Positions 29,509 through 41,500 are shown, counted from the first letter of the stretch. The stretch: DNA of 64,000 bases from an uncultured Verrucomicrobiae bacterium (GCA_963837955.1 CAWIPH010000002.1:3776001-3840000); one strand, 5' to 3'. Notes: a model not told the origin generated them from the letters alone. Numbers and translations are program-made.

Positions 29509-29595
29509 GACCTTTAGTAAAGTGGCAAGAGATTCCGCTTGGTTTGACAAAGAAAGTGGCAGATGATAGGCGAACTAAGAGTAAACAACCGATCA

Positions 29596-29609
29596 TGCAT
29601 ATTTATGCG
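29596..29609. promoter_or_regulatory. Second candidate operator TGCATATTTATGCG
   Basis: Lies upstream of the divergent DUF2291-ABC operon and downstream of a TTGACA at 29544. Confidence 0.55.
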
Positions 29610-29630
29610 GATCTCCCTGCCGCTTAGACC

Positions 29631-30335
29631 GTGGCCTCCCCTCATCTTCCTCCTTCAGCTATTCGCTCCGCTAGCTCCCGTCGCTGGCTTCCGTTCCTCC
29701 TTGCCGCGATCGTGATCCTCGGTCTCCTGATCTGGAAGCCGCCATTTGTTGTGCGCCCGCTTCCAAGCAGTAAGGCCGAAGGCGGCACCACAACCGGAGT
29801 ACCCGCTGCAAACGCCTCCACCGCCTTTGTTGATCCGATTTGGGACAGCAAAATAGTCCAGGCCTTTATCGAAAAAGCAGTGGATGCAAAGGAACTGTTG
29901 GTCGCAATACAGGAAAACCCGGACCGAGCCGGGGAGAAATTCGGCCGGCGAGAAGCAACTAACCCTTACAATTATTTGATCAAAGGGATAGGCCGGGTGA
30001 CAGCCGTTAACACGGAGTCGCGAGCCGGCACTCTTACCATCGCGTTAGCCGACGCGCCCGAACAGAGCGTAACCATCCAGATCGGGCCGGTAGTGCTAGG
30101 AACCAGTGTCCGGGACGCGACTGGGATTGTGAGCTTCAATCAATTCACAAATCAAATCGACTACGCGGGTGTCTCGAAAGAAATGAATGCTCGCGCCATT
30201 CGCGACGCTCTGGCCGGCAAAGATCCGGCCAGCTTCAATGGGAAACAGGTCCGGTTTGTTGGCGCATTCACCTATGATCCACATTCCGCCGGCGTCATCC
30301 GCGTCACGCCAATCAAGCTGGAAGTGCAAAATTAG
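29631..30335 (+). CDS. DUF2291-family membrane-anchored ABC accessory protein
   Basis: N-terminal TM helix; 'IQIGPVVLGTSVRDATG..FNQFTNQIDY'; first gene of a sugar ABC operon. Confidence 0.85.
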   Translation: MASPHLPPSAIRSASSRRWLPFLLAAIVILGLLIWKPPFVVRPLPSSKAEGGTTTGVPAANASTAFVDPIWDSKIVQAFIEKAVDAKELLVAIQENPDRAGEKFGRREATNPYNYLIKGIGRVTAVNTESRAGTLTIALADAPEQSVTIQIGPVVLGTSVRDATGIVSFNQFTNQIDYAGVSKEMNARAIRDALAGKDPASFNGKQVRFVGAFTYDPHSAGVIRVTPIKLEVQN

Positions 30336-30347
30336 GAATCTGATTTG

Positions 30348-31958
30348 ATGGCCTCGCCTTCACCAGAATCTAACGGGCCGGGATTAGCGGATGGAGACAA
30401 CGAAACGGTCTTGTTTGCCCGACAGATCACAAAGATTTTCCCTGGCATTCTTGCTCTCGATCAGGTCGATTTCAAGGTCTACCGCGGTAAGGTTAATGTA
30501 CTCATCGGCGAGAACGGAGCTGGTAAATCGACGTTGATGAAGATCGTTGCCGGTGTGGAACAACCCACCGGGGGTGAGCTGATCTTGGACGGAAACCGTG
30601 TCAGTTTCAAAAATACCAGGGAAGCAGCGAGACTGGGTATCGGTATCATCTATCAAGAACTCAATCTCTTTCCGAATCTCACCATTGCGGAAAACATGTT
30701 CGCCGCGCGTGAGATAACCAAGAATGGAGTCGTTCAGCACCGGGAACAAGAAGAGCTCGCGCGGAAGGTGCTGGCGCGCCTGGAACAACCGTTAGATCCC
30801 CGAGCACTCGTCAGCGATTTGCGGATGGGTCAACAACAGATTGTCGAGATTGCCAAGGCGCTATCGCAAGACGTCCGGATACTGATCATGGATGAGCCGA
30901 CCTCAGCGCTAACGGGCACCGAAACCGAAGCGCTCTTCCGGATTATCCGAGAACTCACTGCGCACGGGGTTGCTATTGTCTACATTTCACACAAGCTCGA
31001 AGAACTATTACGCATTGGCGATCATGTGACGGTTCTACGGGACGGTAAGCTAGCCGCGCATGCCCGAGCTCAAGACGTGAATGTCACTTGGATCATCGAG
31101 AAGATGGTCGGACGAACGGTCCGTGCTCCGAGCCGGCACAACCACTTCCATGAAACTGTAGCGAGCGCACCAATATTGAGGGTCGAAGGCCTCACCCTTC
31201 CGAGAGTGGGATCCGGCTTCACGCTGGAAAACGTTAACTTCACACTCAATAGAGGAGAGATCCTCGCTATCTACGGGCTGATGGGAGCGGGCCGAACGGA
31301 GTTATTTGAGTGTTTGATGGGTCTGCACACCGAAGCCACCGGATCGGTCTATCTCAACGGGACTCCTCTGGGACATGCGACTATCGCCGAGCGGATTGAG
31401 CAGGGAATAACCTTGGTTCCTGAAGATCGGCAGCGACTCGGTTTGGTTCAGCAGTTAACAGTGAGCCAGAATCTGACGCTGGCGAGTTTACGAAAGTGTC
31501 TGACTTGGTTCTGGCTTTCTGATCGCCGTGAACATGAATCGGCTACAGCAATCATTCGCGAACTAGCAATCAAGACGAGAAGCGCCAGCCAGCCGGTAAC
31601 GGCTTTGAGCGGTGGAAATCAACAGAAGGTAGTGGTCGCCAAAAGTCTGCTGACGAAGCCGCAGATCTTATTGCTCGATGAGCCGACCCGTGGAATCGAC
31701 GTTGGAGCCAAAGCCGAGATCTTCCAAATCATTAATCGGCTCGCTGAACAAGGACTGGCGATTCTCTTTGTCTCGTCGGAGCTACCCGAGGTCTTAGCGG
31801 TGCCGGACCGGATTCTCGTCCTATCGAAGGGCAAAGTCACTGGTGAGTTTACGCATGACGATGTGACTGATGAAAAGCTGGTTCATGCTGCCTCTGCCCT
31901 GCAGCAAACGGATCACCCCATCGATCGAGAGCATTCTAAAATGCTACAAACTAATTAG
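30348..31958 (+). CDS. Sugar ABC transporter ATP-binding protein
   Basis: 'GENGAGKST', 'MDEPTS', 'LSGGNQQK'. Confidence 0.95.
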   Translation: MASPSPESNGPGLADGDNETVLFARQITKIFPGILALDQVDFKVYRGKVNVLIGENGAGKSTLMKIVAGVEQPTGGELILDGNRVSFKNTREAARLGIGIIYQELNLFPNLTIAENMFAAREITKNGVVQHREQEELARKVLARLEQPLDPRALVSDLRMGQQQIVEIAKALSQDVRILIMDEPTSALTGTETEALFRIIRELTAHGVAIVYISHKLEELLRIGDHVTVLRDGKLAAHARAQDVNVTWIIEKMVGRTVRAPSRHNHFHETVASAPILRVEGLTLPRVGSGFTLENVNFTLNRGEILAIYGLMGAGRTELFECLMGLHTEATGSVYLNGTPLGHATIAERIEQGITLVPEDRQRLGLVQQLTVSQNLTLASLRKCLTWFWLSDRREHESATAIIRELAIKTRSASQPVTALSGGNQQKVVVAKSLLTKPQILLLDEPTRGIDVGAKAEIFQIINRLAEQGLAILFVSSELPEVLAVPDRILVLSKGKVTGEFTHDDVTDEKLVHAASALQQTDHPIDREHSKMLQTN

Positions 31959-31976
31959 AGAACATTCTAACCGGTT

Positions 31977-33035
31977 ATGTCTTCCGCTGCCACGTCGATC
32001 GATCAAACCAGAAAACAGAACCGAGCCTCGATCGGACTTGTCCTCTTCCGTTTCCGGGCGTTCATCGCTCTGCTGGTTTTGATCGGGATTTTTTCGTTTC
32101 TAACCCCCTCCTTTTTCACTCGAGATAACCTGATCATTCTGGTCGGACAAACTGCCATTAACGCGCTAATGGCTATCGGGATGACATTTGTCATCCTCAC
32201 CGGCGGTATCGATCTTTCGGTCGGTTCGATCGTGGGACTAGCCGCGATGGCCTCAGGTCTTCTGCTCAATCGTGGCATTGAATTGTCGCTGTTCGGCGTT
32301 GCCGTCTACTTCAATGTCCCGGCGATTATCTTTTTGGTGCTCTGCTTGGGAACTCTCGTCGGTGCGTTTAATGGAATTCTGGTGACGCGGTTCAACGTTG
32401 CCCCTTTCATCGCAACACTCGGCACCCTTTATGTCGCTCGCGGCTTGGCCCAATTGAGCAACGAGGGCGCCACCTTTCCCAACCTGGTCGGCAAAGCCGA
32501 ACTCGGAAACACCGGTTTTCCCGTCCTGGGATCGGGAACGATTGTCGGAATTCCGATTATCATTTGGATCATGATACTTTTTACCGGAGTCGGTTGGTTT
32601 ATCGCCGCGAAGACTCCGTTTGGCCGTCAAGTCTACGCTGTCGGCGGTAACGAGAGAGCAGCCGAATTGTCCGGTATCTCCGTTAATTTCATCAAAATGG
32701 CTGTCTACATGATCTCCGGGTTCTGCTCGGCGATGACGGGGCTAATTACCGCTTCGCAGTTGGTAGCGGCGCATCCAGCGATTGGTGAAAGTTATGAACT
32801 GAACGCCATTGCCGCAGTGGTATTAGGCGGTACATCGCTTTCTGGCGGCCGAGGGACCGTCTGGGGGACTTTGGTCGGCGCGTTAGTTATCGGGGTCTTG
32901 AGTAACGGGCTCGTCCTTTTGGGCGTTCAGGAATTCTGGAAAAAGGTGATTACCGGGCTGGTAATCATCTTAGCCGTCGTCCTCGACCAACTACAAGCTC
33001 GGCTCCAGCAACGCCTGGCGCTGCGATCTGCTTAA
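31977..33035 (+). CDS. Sugar ABC transporter permease
   Basis: 'GGIDLSVGS', 'PFIATLG', 'YELNAIAAVVLGG'. Confidence 0.95.
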   Translation: MSSAATSIDQTRKQNRASIGLVLFRFRAFIALLVLIGIFSFLTPSFFTRDNLIILVGQTAINALMAIGMTFVILTGGIDLSVGSIVGLAAMASGLLLNRGIELSLFGVAVYFNVPAIIFLVLCLGTLVGAFNGILVTRFNVAPFIATLGTLYVARGLAQLSNEGATFPNLVGKAELGNTGFPVLGSGTIVGIPIIIWIMILFTGVGWFIAAKTPFGRQVYAVGGNERAAELSGISVNFIKMAVYMISGFCSAMTGLITASQLVAAHPAIGESYELNAIAAVVLGGTSLSGGRGTVWGTLVGALVIGVLSNGLVLLGVQEFWKKVITGLVIILAVVLDQLQARLQQRLALRSA

Positions 33036-33073
33036 CTGAAATAGAGGAGGTGATCGCCGAACGTTCTAAATAA

Positions 33074-34159
<1,086 letters not shown>

Positions 34160-34397
34160 TTGGAGCTTGAATGCTTGAGCGGCGGTGTAAGTTAGCCCAG
34201 ATCTATCCGTCGCTCTTCGCTCTCAAAAAGGCTACATCGGCACAACCAATGCGGATCTCTTGCAAGGAGACCTTTTTCAACACCTCTGCCGATCGTATGC
34301 TATCTAACTTAGCTACCAAGCTTCGAGGACGAGCGCGACGACGAGAACGATTATGGTCGCGCATCATGTTTTACAGTTAACTTGAAATCTCCCCGTC

Positions 34398-35819
34398 ATG
34401 CCTACAAAGCTTCATCGTTCCATCACGCTTGGCGTAATCGTCGGTAATCGCGACTTTTTTCCGGACAGTCTGATTACGGCGGCCCGGCAGGAAATCATTC
34501 AAAAACTAACCGACTTACAGATCAGACCGATTCTGTTACCCGAGGACACTACTAAGCTAGGCGGAGTAGAAACGTGGGAAGACGCCAAAAAATGTGCTGC
34601 ATTGTTTGATGAGCACCGACGAGAAATCGACGGAATTCTGGTCAGTTTGCCAAACTTTGGCGACGAAAAGGGAGTTGCGGAAACAATTAAACTGTCGGGT
34701 CTGAAAGTGCCGGTCCTGGTGCAAGCATATCCCGACGATCTCTCACGGTTCTCGGTCGAGAGTAGGCGTGACGCCTTTTGCGGCAAAATTTCTGTCTGCA
34801 ATAACCTGTATCAATATGGGATTCCATTCAGTCTAACCAGTTTACATACGGAGAAGGTCAACAGTGACCTTTTTTCTTCGGATCTCCAACAGTTCGCTGC
34901 CGTGTGTCGAGTAGTGAAAGAGTTACCGAGAGCCCGACTTGGTGCCGTCGGTGCCCGTCCAAACGCGTTTAACACGACGCGCTATAGTGAAAAACTGCTG
35001 CAAGCATTCGGCATCAGCGTCAGCACCATCGATCTGTCGGAAGTATTTGGAAAAGCCGAGAAGTTAGCAGACACAGATTCTCGGGTCGGTAAGCGACTCG
35101 AGGGCATCAAGGCGTATGTGCCTACCGCGGGGGTACCTTCGCCCGCGTTAGTCAAGATGGCCAAACTTGGCATTGTCATCGACGATTGGATGCAAACCTA
35201 CGATCTCGACGCGACCGCGATCCAGTGTTGGGATTCCCTTCAACATAATTACGGGGTCAACGTGTGCACTTTGATGAGCATGATGAGCGAGAGTCTTCTG
35301 CCAAGCGCTTGCGAAGTAGATATCACGGGCGTTGCCTCCATGTATGCTCTGCAACTAGCCTCCGGCCGGCCCAGCGCTCTGGTTGACTGGAACAACAACT
35401 ACGCCGGCGAACCGGACAAATGTGTGCTGTTCCATTGTGGCAATTGGGCCAAGAGTTTTTTTGCTGACGTAAAGATGGCTAATGCGGAGATCCTCGCAAC
35501 GACTCTAGGGACAGAAAACACTTATGGCACGGTCGCCGGAAGAACTCCGGCGGGCCCTTTCGGTTACGCTCGAATCACGACTGACGACCGAGCGGGCCAA
35601 ATCCGAGCCTATGTTGGAGACGGCAGTTTTGTGGACGATCCGCTCGACACTTTCGGAAGTCGAGCTGTGGTCCATGTCCCTGGACTACAGAATCTCATGC
35701 ACTTCATCTGCAAGAATGGCTTTGAGCATCACGCAGCTATGACCACCGCGCATGCGGCGGCCGTCTTGCACGAGGCATTTACGACCTATTTTGCCTGGGA
35801 TACGTGTTGGCACAAGTAG
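34398..35819 (+). CDS. L-fucose/L-arabinose isomerase-family protein
   Basis: 'NFGDE', 'RRDAFCGK', 'IQCW', 'ACEVD', 'FHCG', 'GFEHH'. Confidence 0.88.
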   Translation: MPTKLHRSITLGVIVGNRDFFPDSLITAARQEIIQKLTDLQIRPILLPEDTTKLGGVETWEDAKKCAALFDEHRREIDGILVSLPNFGDEKGVAETIKLSGLKVPVLVQAYPDDLSRFSVESRRDAFCGKISVCNNLYQYGIPFSLTSLHTEKVNSDLFSSDLQQFAAVCRVVKELPRARLGAVGARPNAFNTTRYSEKLLQAFGISVSTIDLSEVFGKAEKLADTDSRVGKRLEGIKAYVPTAGVPSPALVKMAKLGIVIDDWMQTYDLDATAIQCWDSLQHNYGVNVCTLMSMMSESLLPSACEVDITGVASMYALQLASGRPSALVDWNNNYAGEPDKCVLFHCGNWAKSFFADVKMANAEILATTLGTENTYGTVAGRTPAGPFGYARITTDDRAGQIRAYVGDGSFVDDPLDTFGSRAVVHVPGLQNLMHFICKNGFEHHAAMTTAHAAAVLHEAFTTYFAWDTCWHK

Positions 35820-35849
35820 CCTGATCCTCCCGGCTCAGGAGCCCAGGGC
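35816..35849 (+). repeat. Single R1 REP that supplies the isomerase stop codon
   Basis: GTAGCCTGATCCTCCCGGCTCAGGAGCCCAGGGC; TAG at 35817-35819. Confidence 0.88.
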
Positions 35850-35883
35850 TGCGGTGATAGTGATTAATAAGCAGTAAGCGGGG

Positions 35884-36212
35884 GCCAGATACGCCGAAGG
35901 CGTTAAAGGACTCAGCCCGGGGTGGAGGCTTTGCGTAACCCCGGGTAACGCAAAAAAGACGCGTCCGCTCTGAAGGAGCGCTAGAAGTCTTCCAGGGATC
36001 TCGGTTACGGCAGCAACAATCCGTAGCGGCCGACGCTAGGTAAGAGGATCTAGAAGGGGCGTTCATGCCCTCGATGGAGCCGGTAATTGAGCGCCGTTCT
36101 GCCAGATGCTCTTACGCTCTTTCAGAGCGGACGCGCATTTTTTGGGGCTACCCGGGGTTACGCAAAGCCTCCACCCCGGGCTGAGTCCTTTAACGCCTTC
36201 GGCGTATCTGGC
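35884..36212. mobile_element. Class L element with perfect 64-bp terminal inverted repeats
   Basis: 35884-35947 is the exact reverse complement of 36149-36212; imperfect pairing extends to ~100 bp; homologue at 50124-50410. Confidence 0.92.
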
Positions 36213-36329
36213 GTGTCTGACACGCCGGGCGGTTTTGTTGTGACGATCGACAAACGCAACGGCATACCCCGGCGTCCAGCTCCCCTCGCTTACTGCTTAC
36301 TGCTTACTAATCACCAACCTAATCACTAG

Positions 36330-37109
36330 TCACGACATAAACAATCCGCCGTCCACGTTGATCGTCTGGCCGGTGATATACGCCGCATCGTCTGAGGCCA
36401 GAAATGTCACCAGTCCGGCGACATCCTCTGCTCTCCCCACTCGTTTCAGTGGGATATTGTTAACCCATTCCTGCATCAACTCCCCCGGTTTGTAATTTCC
36501 CAGAAGTTTGCCCCAAGCCGAATCGTTATAGGCCCACATGTCGGTATCAATGATGCCAGGGCAAAAGGCGTTCACGGTAATGTTAAATGGAGCCAACTCT
36601 TTGGCGAGGCTTTGGGTGATACCGACCACGCCAAATTTGCTGGCGGCGTAATGTGGCGTGTAAATGAAGCCCTGTCTGGCCTGACCCGAAGCGGTATTGA
36701 TGATCCGGCCAGATTTTTGCTGTTTCATTCGTACTGCCGCCGCCTGACAACACAAAAAGACGCCCTTGGTGTTTACCGCCATGATCTTGTCCCATTCCTG
36801 TTCCGTCAGATCTTCAATCTTGGCGATGGTAATAACGCCGGCATTCTGGATCGATACATCCAGTTGGCCGAACTCGTCGACAACCCGCTCGAACAGCTTT
36901 TCGACTTCCACCTTGCTGGTAACGTCACAAATCGCGGAGATGGCGCGACCGCCGGAACCGTTAATTTCTTCGGCGACCTGATGCACAGCGTCCTCGTTCG
37001 CAGCGACGGCTACGCTTGCTCCCTCTCGGGCAAATCGGAGAGCCAATCCTTTGCCGATCCCTCGGCTCGCCCCCGTTATCAGCACAGTCTTTTCCTCGAA
37101 TCGTTTCAT
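36330..37109 (-). CDS. SDR oxidoreductase (acetoin/polyol dehydrogenase-like)
   Basis: 'TGASRGIG', 'QNAGV', 'YAASK', 'CPGIIDTDMW'. Confidence 0.9.
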   Translation of the reverse strand: MKRFEEKTVLITGASRGIGKGLALRFAREGASVAVAANEDAVHQVAEEINGSGGRAISAICDVTSKVEVEKLFERVVDEFGQLDVSIQNAGVITIAKIEDLTEQEWDKIMAVNTKGVFLCCQAAAVRMKQQKSGRIINTASGQARQGFIYTPHYAASKFGVVGITQSLAKELAPFNITVNAFCPGIIDTDMWAYNDSAWGKLLGNYKPGELMQEWVNNIPLKRVGRAEDVAGLVTFLASDDAAYITGQTINVDGGLFMS

Positions 37110-37267
37110 TCTCTTCGTTGGTTTTACATGATTATTCGATAGCCGGCAGATATTTCCCTGGATTGTTTGCCAAGATAAAGATCACGGCGGGCTTCGGTAC
37201 CGGGAGCAAGTCGTCCAAGCCCGCATCGTCGGCTAGATTTCTGATTTCAAGCTCGCGCCAGCCCATA

Positions 37268-37281
37268 TGTATATATATGCA
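37268..37281. promoter_or_regulatory. Candidate operator TGTATATATATGCA
   Basis: Fits TG(C/T)AT-N4-ATGCA in the divergent SDR/ABC promoter region. Confidence 0.45.
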
Positions 37282-37355
37282 TGGATAAATAAAAATGAAA
37301 TTTTGCTTGCATTGCTTTTCTCTTCGCGCAACTAATCGGTGTCCTTCTTACCCCC

Positions 37356-38642
37356 ATGAACCCTATTCGATTCGCTTTCCTTCCCCTCCTCGCTACCGCC
37401 CTGTTGGCGGTTCCCGGAACTCTCCATTCTCAATCTTCCGCTGCTTCACCCGAGGTCCCGAAAGGCAACGTAACCGTGAACTTTTGGGGCATCGCGACAC
37501 AGCCCTGGCAGCTTATGATCGACGAGTTCCAGAAGAAGTATCCGAACATCAAGATCAAATGGACCAAATACAGTACCGACGAGATTAAACAGGCGCTTCG
37601 AGTCGCTTCTGCAGCGGGAAAATTGCCCGACGCATGGTTTAACTGGGGTGGCAGTCTCGCCTCACCCTATGAGGAGGCCGGCCACGCACTCGAGCTTACT
37701 CCGGAGCTAATGGCTCAGTACGGAATCGACAAAAATATACTGCCCGCCGCACTCAGTTTGGCTCGCTGGAAAGATAAGCTTTATGGCGTTCCGATTTGGG
37801 TGCGACCAATGACTATTTTCTATAAAAAGAGTCTGCTCGAAAAAAATGGCCTTTCTGCGCCGACATCGTTCGCCGACCTGGAGCAATTGTGCCAGGCGCT
37901 CAAATCCAAAGGCATTACTCCGGTCGCATGCGGCGGAAAGTTTAGCTGGATGACCATGCGAACGACCGATTTCTTCATCGAGCATTACGCTGGCCCGGCC
38001 GTTCACGACAAGCTCTTCGCGCTGGAGGAATCGTGGAATTCCCCCGCAGTAATCCAAGCGTTCGCCAAGCTCAAGGAATGGGTCAGCAAAGGTTATTTCA
38101 ACGATGGCTTTCTCTCGCTCGATCCCAACCAGGCTTTACCACTGCTTTTCCAAGATAAAGCAGCCATGATCTTTCAGGGTCCGTGGATTGAAGATCAAAA
38201 CATCGTTTCGACGCATCAAGACCCCAACAACTACGTTCCGATCGTTGCACCGGCCGATCAAACGCCGGTCAGAGTATCTGGCTTTCAAGAGCAGATTCAG
38301 TTTTGGTCCAAATCGAACCCGGATGCGCAGAAAGCCGCTCTCCTTTTTGCCGCCTTCATTACGACTCCGGACGTGGCCAAGAGCCACGTGAAAGAGTTTG
38401 GCTCGCCCAGCGCTGTGGTAGGCGTTTTCCCGCCCGCCGATCGTCCGATTGGTACGCAGATGGCAAAGTGGTTGCAAGGCGAAGTTGGGCTTTATCTACC
38501 GACAGACCAGGCGGTGCCACAGGAGATCGTTAACGCATTTTGGCAAGCGCAGGACTCAATAGTACTCGGAAGCATGACACCCGAAAACGCAGCAGCGCAG
38601 GTCCAGCAAGCCGTCGAGGCTTACAAAGCCGCACGGAAGTAG
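37356..38642 (+). CDS. CUT1-family ABC extracellular solute-binding protein
   Basis: Signal peptide; 'FQKKYPNIKI', 'LYGVP', 'FYKKSL', 'AAMIFQGPW'. Confidence 0.93.
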   Translation: MNPIRFAFLPLLATALLAVPGTLHSQSSAASPEVPKGNVTVNFWGIATQPWQLMIDEFQKKYPNIKIKWTKYSTDEIKQALRVASAAGKLPDAWFNWGGSLASPYEEAGHALELTPELMAQYGIDKNILPAALSLARWKDKLYGVPIWVRPMTIFYKKSLLEKNGLSAPTSFADLEQLCQALKSKGITPVACGGKFSWMTMRTTDFFIEHYAGPAVHDKLFALEESWNSPAVIQAFAKLKEWVSKGYFNDGFLSLDPNQALPLLFQDKAAMIFQGPWIEDQNIVSTHQDPNNYVPIVAPADQTPVRVSGFQEQIQFWSKSNPDAQKAALLFAAFITTPDVAKSHVKEFGSPSAVVGVFPPADRPIGTQMAKWLQGEVGLYLPTDQAVPQEIVNAFWQAQDSIVLGSMTPENAAAQVQQAVEAYKAARK

Positions 38643-38758
38643 TTTGCCTAGCGTGGCTGATCGCGCTGATGCGCTGGAATACAGGACAGTTGAAGCCAGG
38701 TTGGTGTGCTCTTCCCGTAACCAGGATAATTAGTTAAGAACCACGCGACAGACAGTAA

Positions 38759-39700
38759 ATGGATGCTGTAGAGGAAATATCGGCGATCACCCAGATTTCA
38801 CCCCCTGCTCAGGCGCTACGAAAGGTACGTTCCAGCTTTCGCTGGCTTCTACCTTGGCTGTTTGTCGCTCCCGCGTTGTTCATTTACGTGGTCGTTGTCG
38901 TCTACCCGATGGTCTTCTCCGTCTATCTGAGTTTTTTTCGCTGGGACGGAATAGCGCCAACCAAAGTATTCGTTGGATTTCGGAACTATGTGTCCCTTTT
39001 CACCAGTGATCCGATCTTCTGGATAGCGCTTACTAACAACGCGATTTGGCTGGGTGCAGCCTTGATCTTACCGACGAGCATCGGTCTGGGGCTAGCGCTG
39101 ATTCTGAATTCCAAATTTCGAGGGAGTCGATTCTTTCGGACGATCTTTTACATCCCAGCCGTTCTGTCCTTAGCAGTGGTTGGATTGATCTGGACCTGGA
39201 TGTACCAGCCCACATTTGGGTTAATTAATCAAGTGCTCGATCTCTTCGGGTGGAAAGCGCTGGAGCACAATTGGCTGGGAGATCCGCAGGTTGCTCTTTA
39301 TGCGGTCATTATCGCCGCGGCTTGGAACGCAACCGGTTTGCCAATGCTCCTTTACCTCGCAGGCCTCCAAACTGTCCCGACGGAGTTACTGGAAGCGGCC
39401 AAAGTGGAAGGTGCGGGTCCGATACGCCGATTTCTCTATGTAACATTTCCGCTCTTGCGCGAGACCACACTGATCGTGTTGGCAATCACGGCGATTAATT
39501 CGCTGAAGGCCTATGACATCGTTTATGCCATGACCTACGGCGGTCCGGCAAATAAGACGCAGGTTCTGGGCACATGGATGTACTTCCAAACTTACAACTA
39601 TAACACGGTAGGGGGAGGCACCGCGATCGCAGTGGTGCTATTCGCCTTAACCCTGATCTTCGCGGTTCCATACCTTCGACTCATGGTGCGAAATCAATGA
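38759..39700 (+). CDS. CUT1 ABC permease (MalF-like)
   Basis: EAA loop 'LLEAAKVEGAG', several TM helices. Confidence 0.95.
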   Translation: MDAVEEISAITQISPPAQALRKVRSSFRWLLPWLFVAPALFIYVVVVVYPMVFSVYLSFFRWDGIAPTKVFVGFRNYVSLFTSDPIFWIALTNNAIWLGAALILPTSIGLGLALILNSKFRGSRFFRTIFYIPAVLSLAVVGLIWTWMYQPTFGLINQVLDLFGWKALEHNWLGDPQVALYAVIIAAAWNATGLPMLLYLAGLQTVPTELLEAAKVEGAGPIRRFLYVTFPLLRETTLIVLAITAINSLKAYDIVYAMTYGGPANKTQVLGTWMYFQTYNYNTVGGGTAIAVVLFALTLIFAVPYLRLMVRNQ

Positions 39701-40572
39701 GTGCCTCCCCTACTGAAACACCTGTCCGGTTACCGGTAAGAACAGCCTTTCTGCCAGGAAAATCGGTCAAGGTTGCTCTCTTTTATGCGGTGCTGATCGT
39801 GGCTGCTTTTATCTGGTTCATTCCGGTAGTGACACTTATTTTAACCGCCCTGAAAGATGCTGGCGACTTCGCAGTGAACGGAACATTCTCGCTTCCCCAG
39901 TCGATCAACTGGTCCAATTTCAGCGAGGCTTGGGAGACCGGCGTTAAGAATTACTTCTTTAACAGCGTCTTTGTTACCTGCGTTAAAGTCCCGGCCGGAA
40001 TTCTTCTTGAGTCGATGGCAGCGTTTGCGCTCACCCACATGCCATTCAAGTGGGCGAACCGAGTTTTCCTTTTTATCCTGATCGGACTGATCGTCCCGAT
40101 CCAAATGACGCTCGTTCCCCTAACGTTGTTGATGAACGCGCTCAGTCTAATCGATACGTTAACTGGCCTGATTATCCTCTACATCGGATTCGGGGTTCCG
40201 TTCGGCGTGCTGGTTATGAGAGGTTTCTTCCGCACCATTCCGACAGCGATTATTGAAGCGGCGCGGATCGACGGCTGTTCCTATTTCCGAATTTTCATTC
40301 GTATCGCACTGCCGCTGGCGATGCCTGCAGTCATCACTTTGTGCATTCTCGACGGGGTGGCGACCTGGAATGAATTCATCTTGGCGCAAATCTTTTTGCG
40401 ATCGGATGAACTGAGAACTTTACCCCTGGGCCTGGTGCAATTCAGCACCCAGTTCTCAACCCAATACGACCAACTTGCGGCGGCGGTCCTTATTTCCGTG
40501 GTCCCGGTAATTTTCGTCTTTCTCTTCTTCCAGCGTTACTTCGTCAGCGGTATGGCTGGCGCGGTGAAATAG
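39697..40572 (+). CDS. CUT1 ABC permease (MalG-like)
   Basis: 'IIEAARIDGC', 'WNEF', C-terminal 'FQRYFVSGMAGAVK'. Confidence 0.95.
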   Translation: MSASPTETPVRLPVRTAFLPGKSVKVALFYAVLIVAAFIWFIPVVTLILTALKDAGDFAVNGTFSLPQSINWSNFSEAWETGVKNYFFNSVFVTCVKVPAGILLESMAAFALTHMPFKWANRVFLFILIGLIVPIQMTLVPLTLLMNALSLIDTLTGLIILYIGFGVPFGVLVMRGFFRTIPTAIIEAARIDGCSYFRIFIRIALPLAMPAVITLCILDGVATWNEFILAQIFLRSDELRTLPLGLVQFSTQFSTQYDQLAAAVLISVVPVIFVFLFFQRYFVSGMAGAVK

Positions 40573-40594
40573 AGCCTTTGTCACCAGAAATACT

Positions 40595-41485
40595 ATGTAT
40601 CGTCCCCCTATCCCTGAACCAGCCAAGAAGTCGCGAGTGATCCTAAATACGGACGCAAAAAACGAAGCTGATGATCAATACGCGATTGTTCACGGCATTT
40701 TGACCCCGTCCTTTGATCTGCACGGCATTATCTCTGCCCATTTCGGAGACCGTAAGTCTGCGACCAGCCAACGCGATAGCCATGATGAAATATTGCGACT
40801 GCTCGATCTCATGGGTATTAAGGGTCAAATTCCGGTGGCGGCCGGAGCACCAAGAGCACTTCCCGATGAAGTAACACCGGTACCATCGGAAGGCTCGGCG
40901 TTGATTATCGCTGAAGCCTTGAAGGACGACCCGCGACCGCTGCATGTGGCTTTTCTCGGACCTTTGACAGATATGGCGTCGGCCCTCCTGGAAGAACCTG
41001 CTATCGCCGGACGCAATGTTGTCGTGGTTTGGATTGGCGGCGCTGATTGGCCAGTGGGCGGACCAGAGTTCAATCTGTCGAACGACATCAACGCGGCCAA
41101 TGTGGTATTCCGATCGAAAGTGCAGCTATGGCAGATTCCCAGCACCGTCTACAAAAGAATGGCGGTGAGTTATGCCGAACTGGCCGCGAGAGTCTATGAC
41201 AAAGGACCGATCGGAAAATACCTGGTCGAACAATTGGTAGAATGGAATACGCACAATGTGCCAGGGCCGATCGAACATCGTTCTTTAGGTGATTCGCCGG
41301 CAGTAGGAGTGATTATGTACCCGGACTGTGGAGTGTGGGAATGGCGCCCGGCTCCCGAGTTCAATCGAGAAATGAATTATGTCCACAGCGGAGGGAACCG
41401 CCCGATCCGCGTGTACGAATCCGTTGATCAACGATTCATCCACGAGGACTTCTTCGCCAAGCTCGCAGGCTTTGCCATGAAATAA
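40595..41485 (+). CDS. Nucleoside hydrolase-family protein (IU-NH fold)
   Basis: Acidic N-terminal motif 'NTDAKNEADD', 'GPLTD', 'WIGG', 'EFN..D..AA..V', 'LGD'. Confidence 0.85.
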   Translation: MYRPPIPEPAKKSRVILNTDAKNEADDQYAIVHGILTPSFDLHGIISAHFGDRKSATSQRDSHDEILRLLDLMGIKGQIPVAAGAPRALPDEVTPVPSEGSALIIAEALKDDPRPLHVAFLGPLTDMASALLEEPAIAGRNVVVVWIGGADWPVGGPEFNLSNDINAANVVFRSKVQLWQIPSTVYKRMAVSYAELAARVYDKGPIGKYLVEQLVEWNTHNVPGPIEHRSLGDSPAVGVIMYPDCGVWEWRPAPEFNREMNYVHSGGNRPIRVYESVDQRFIHEDFFAKLAGFAMK

Positions 41486-41500
41486 TCCGCGGACTTCATT

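Noticed and set aside
35779..36329. ORFs containing 'TRGYAKPPPRAESFNAFGVS' on both strands
   Set aside because: Translation of the palindromic class L element, not genes.
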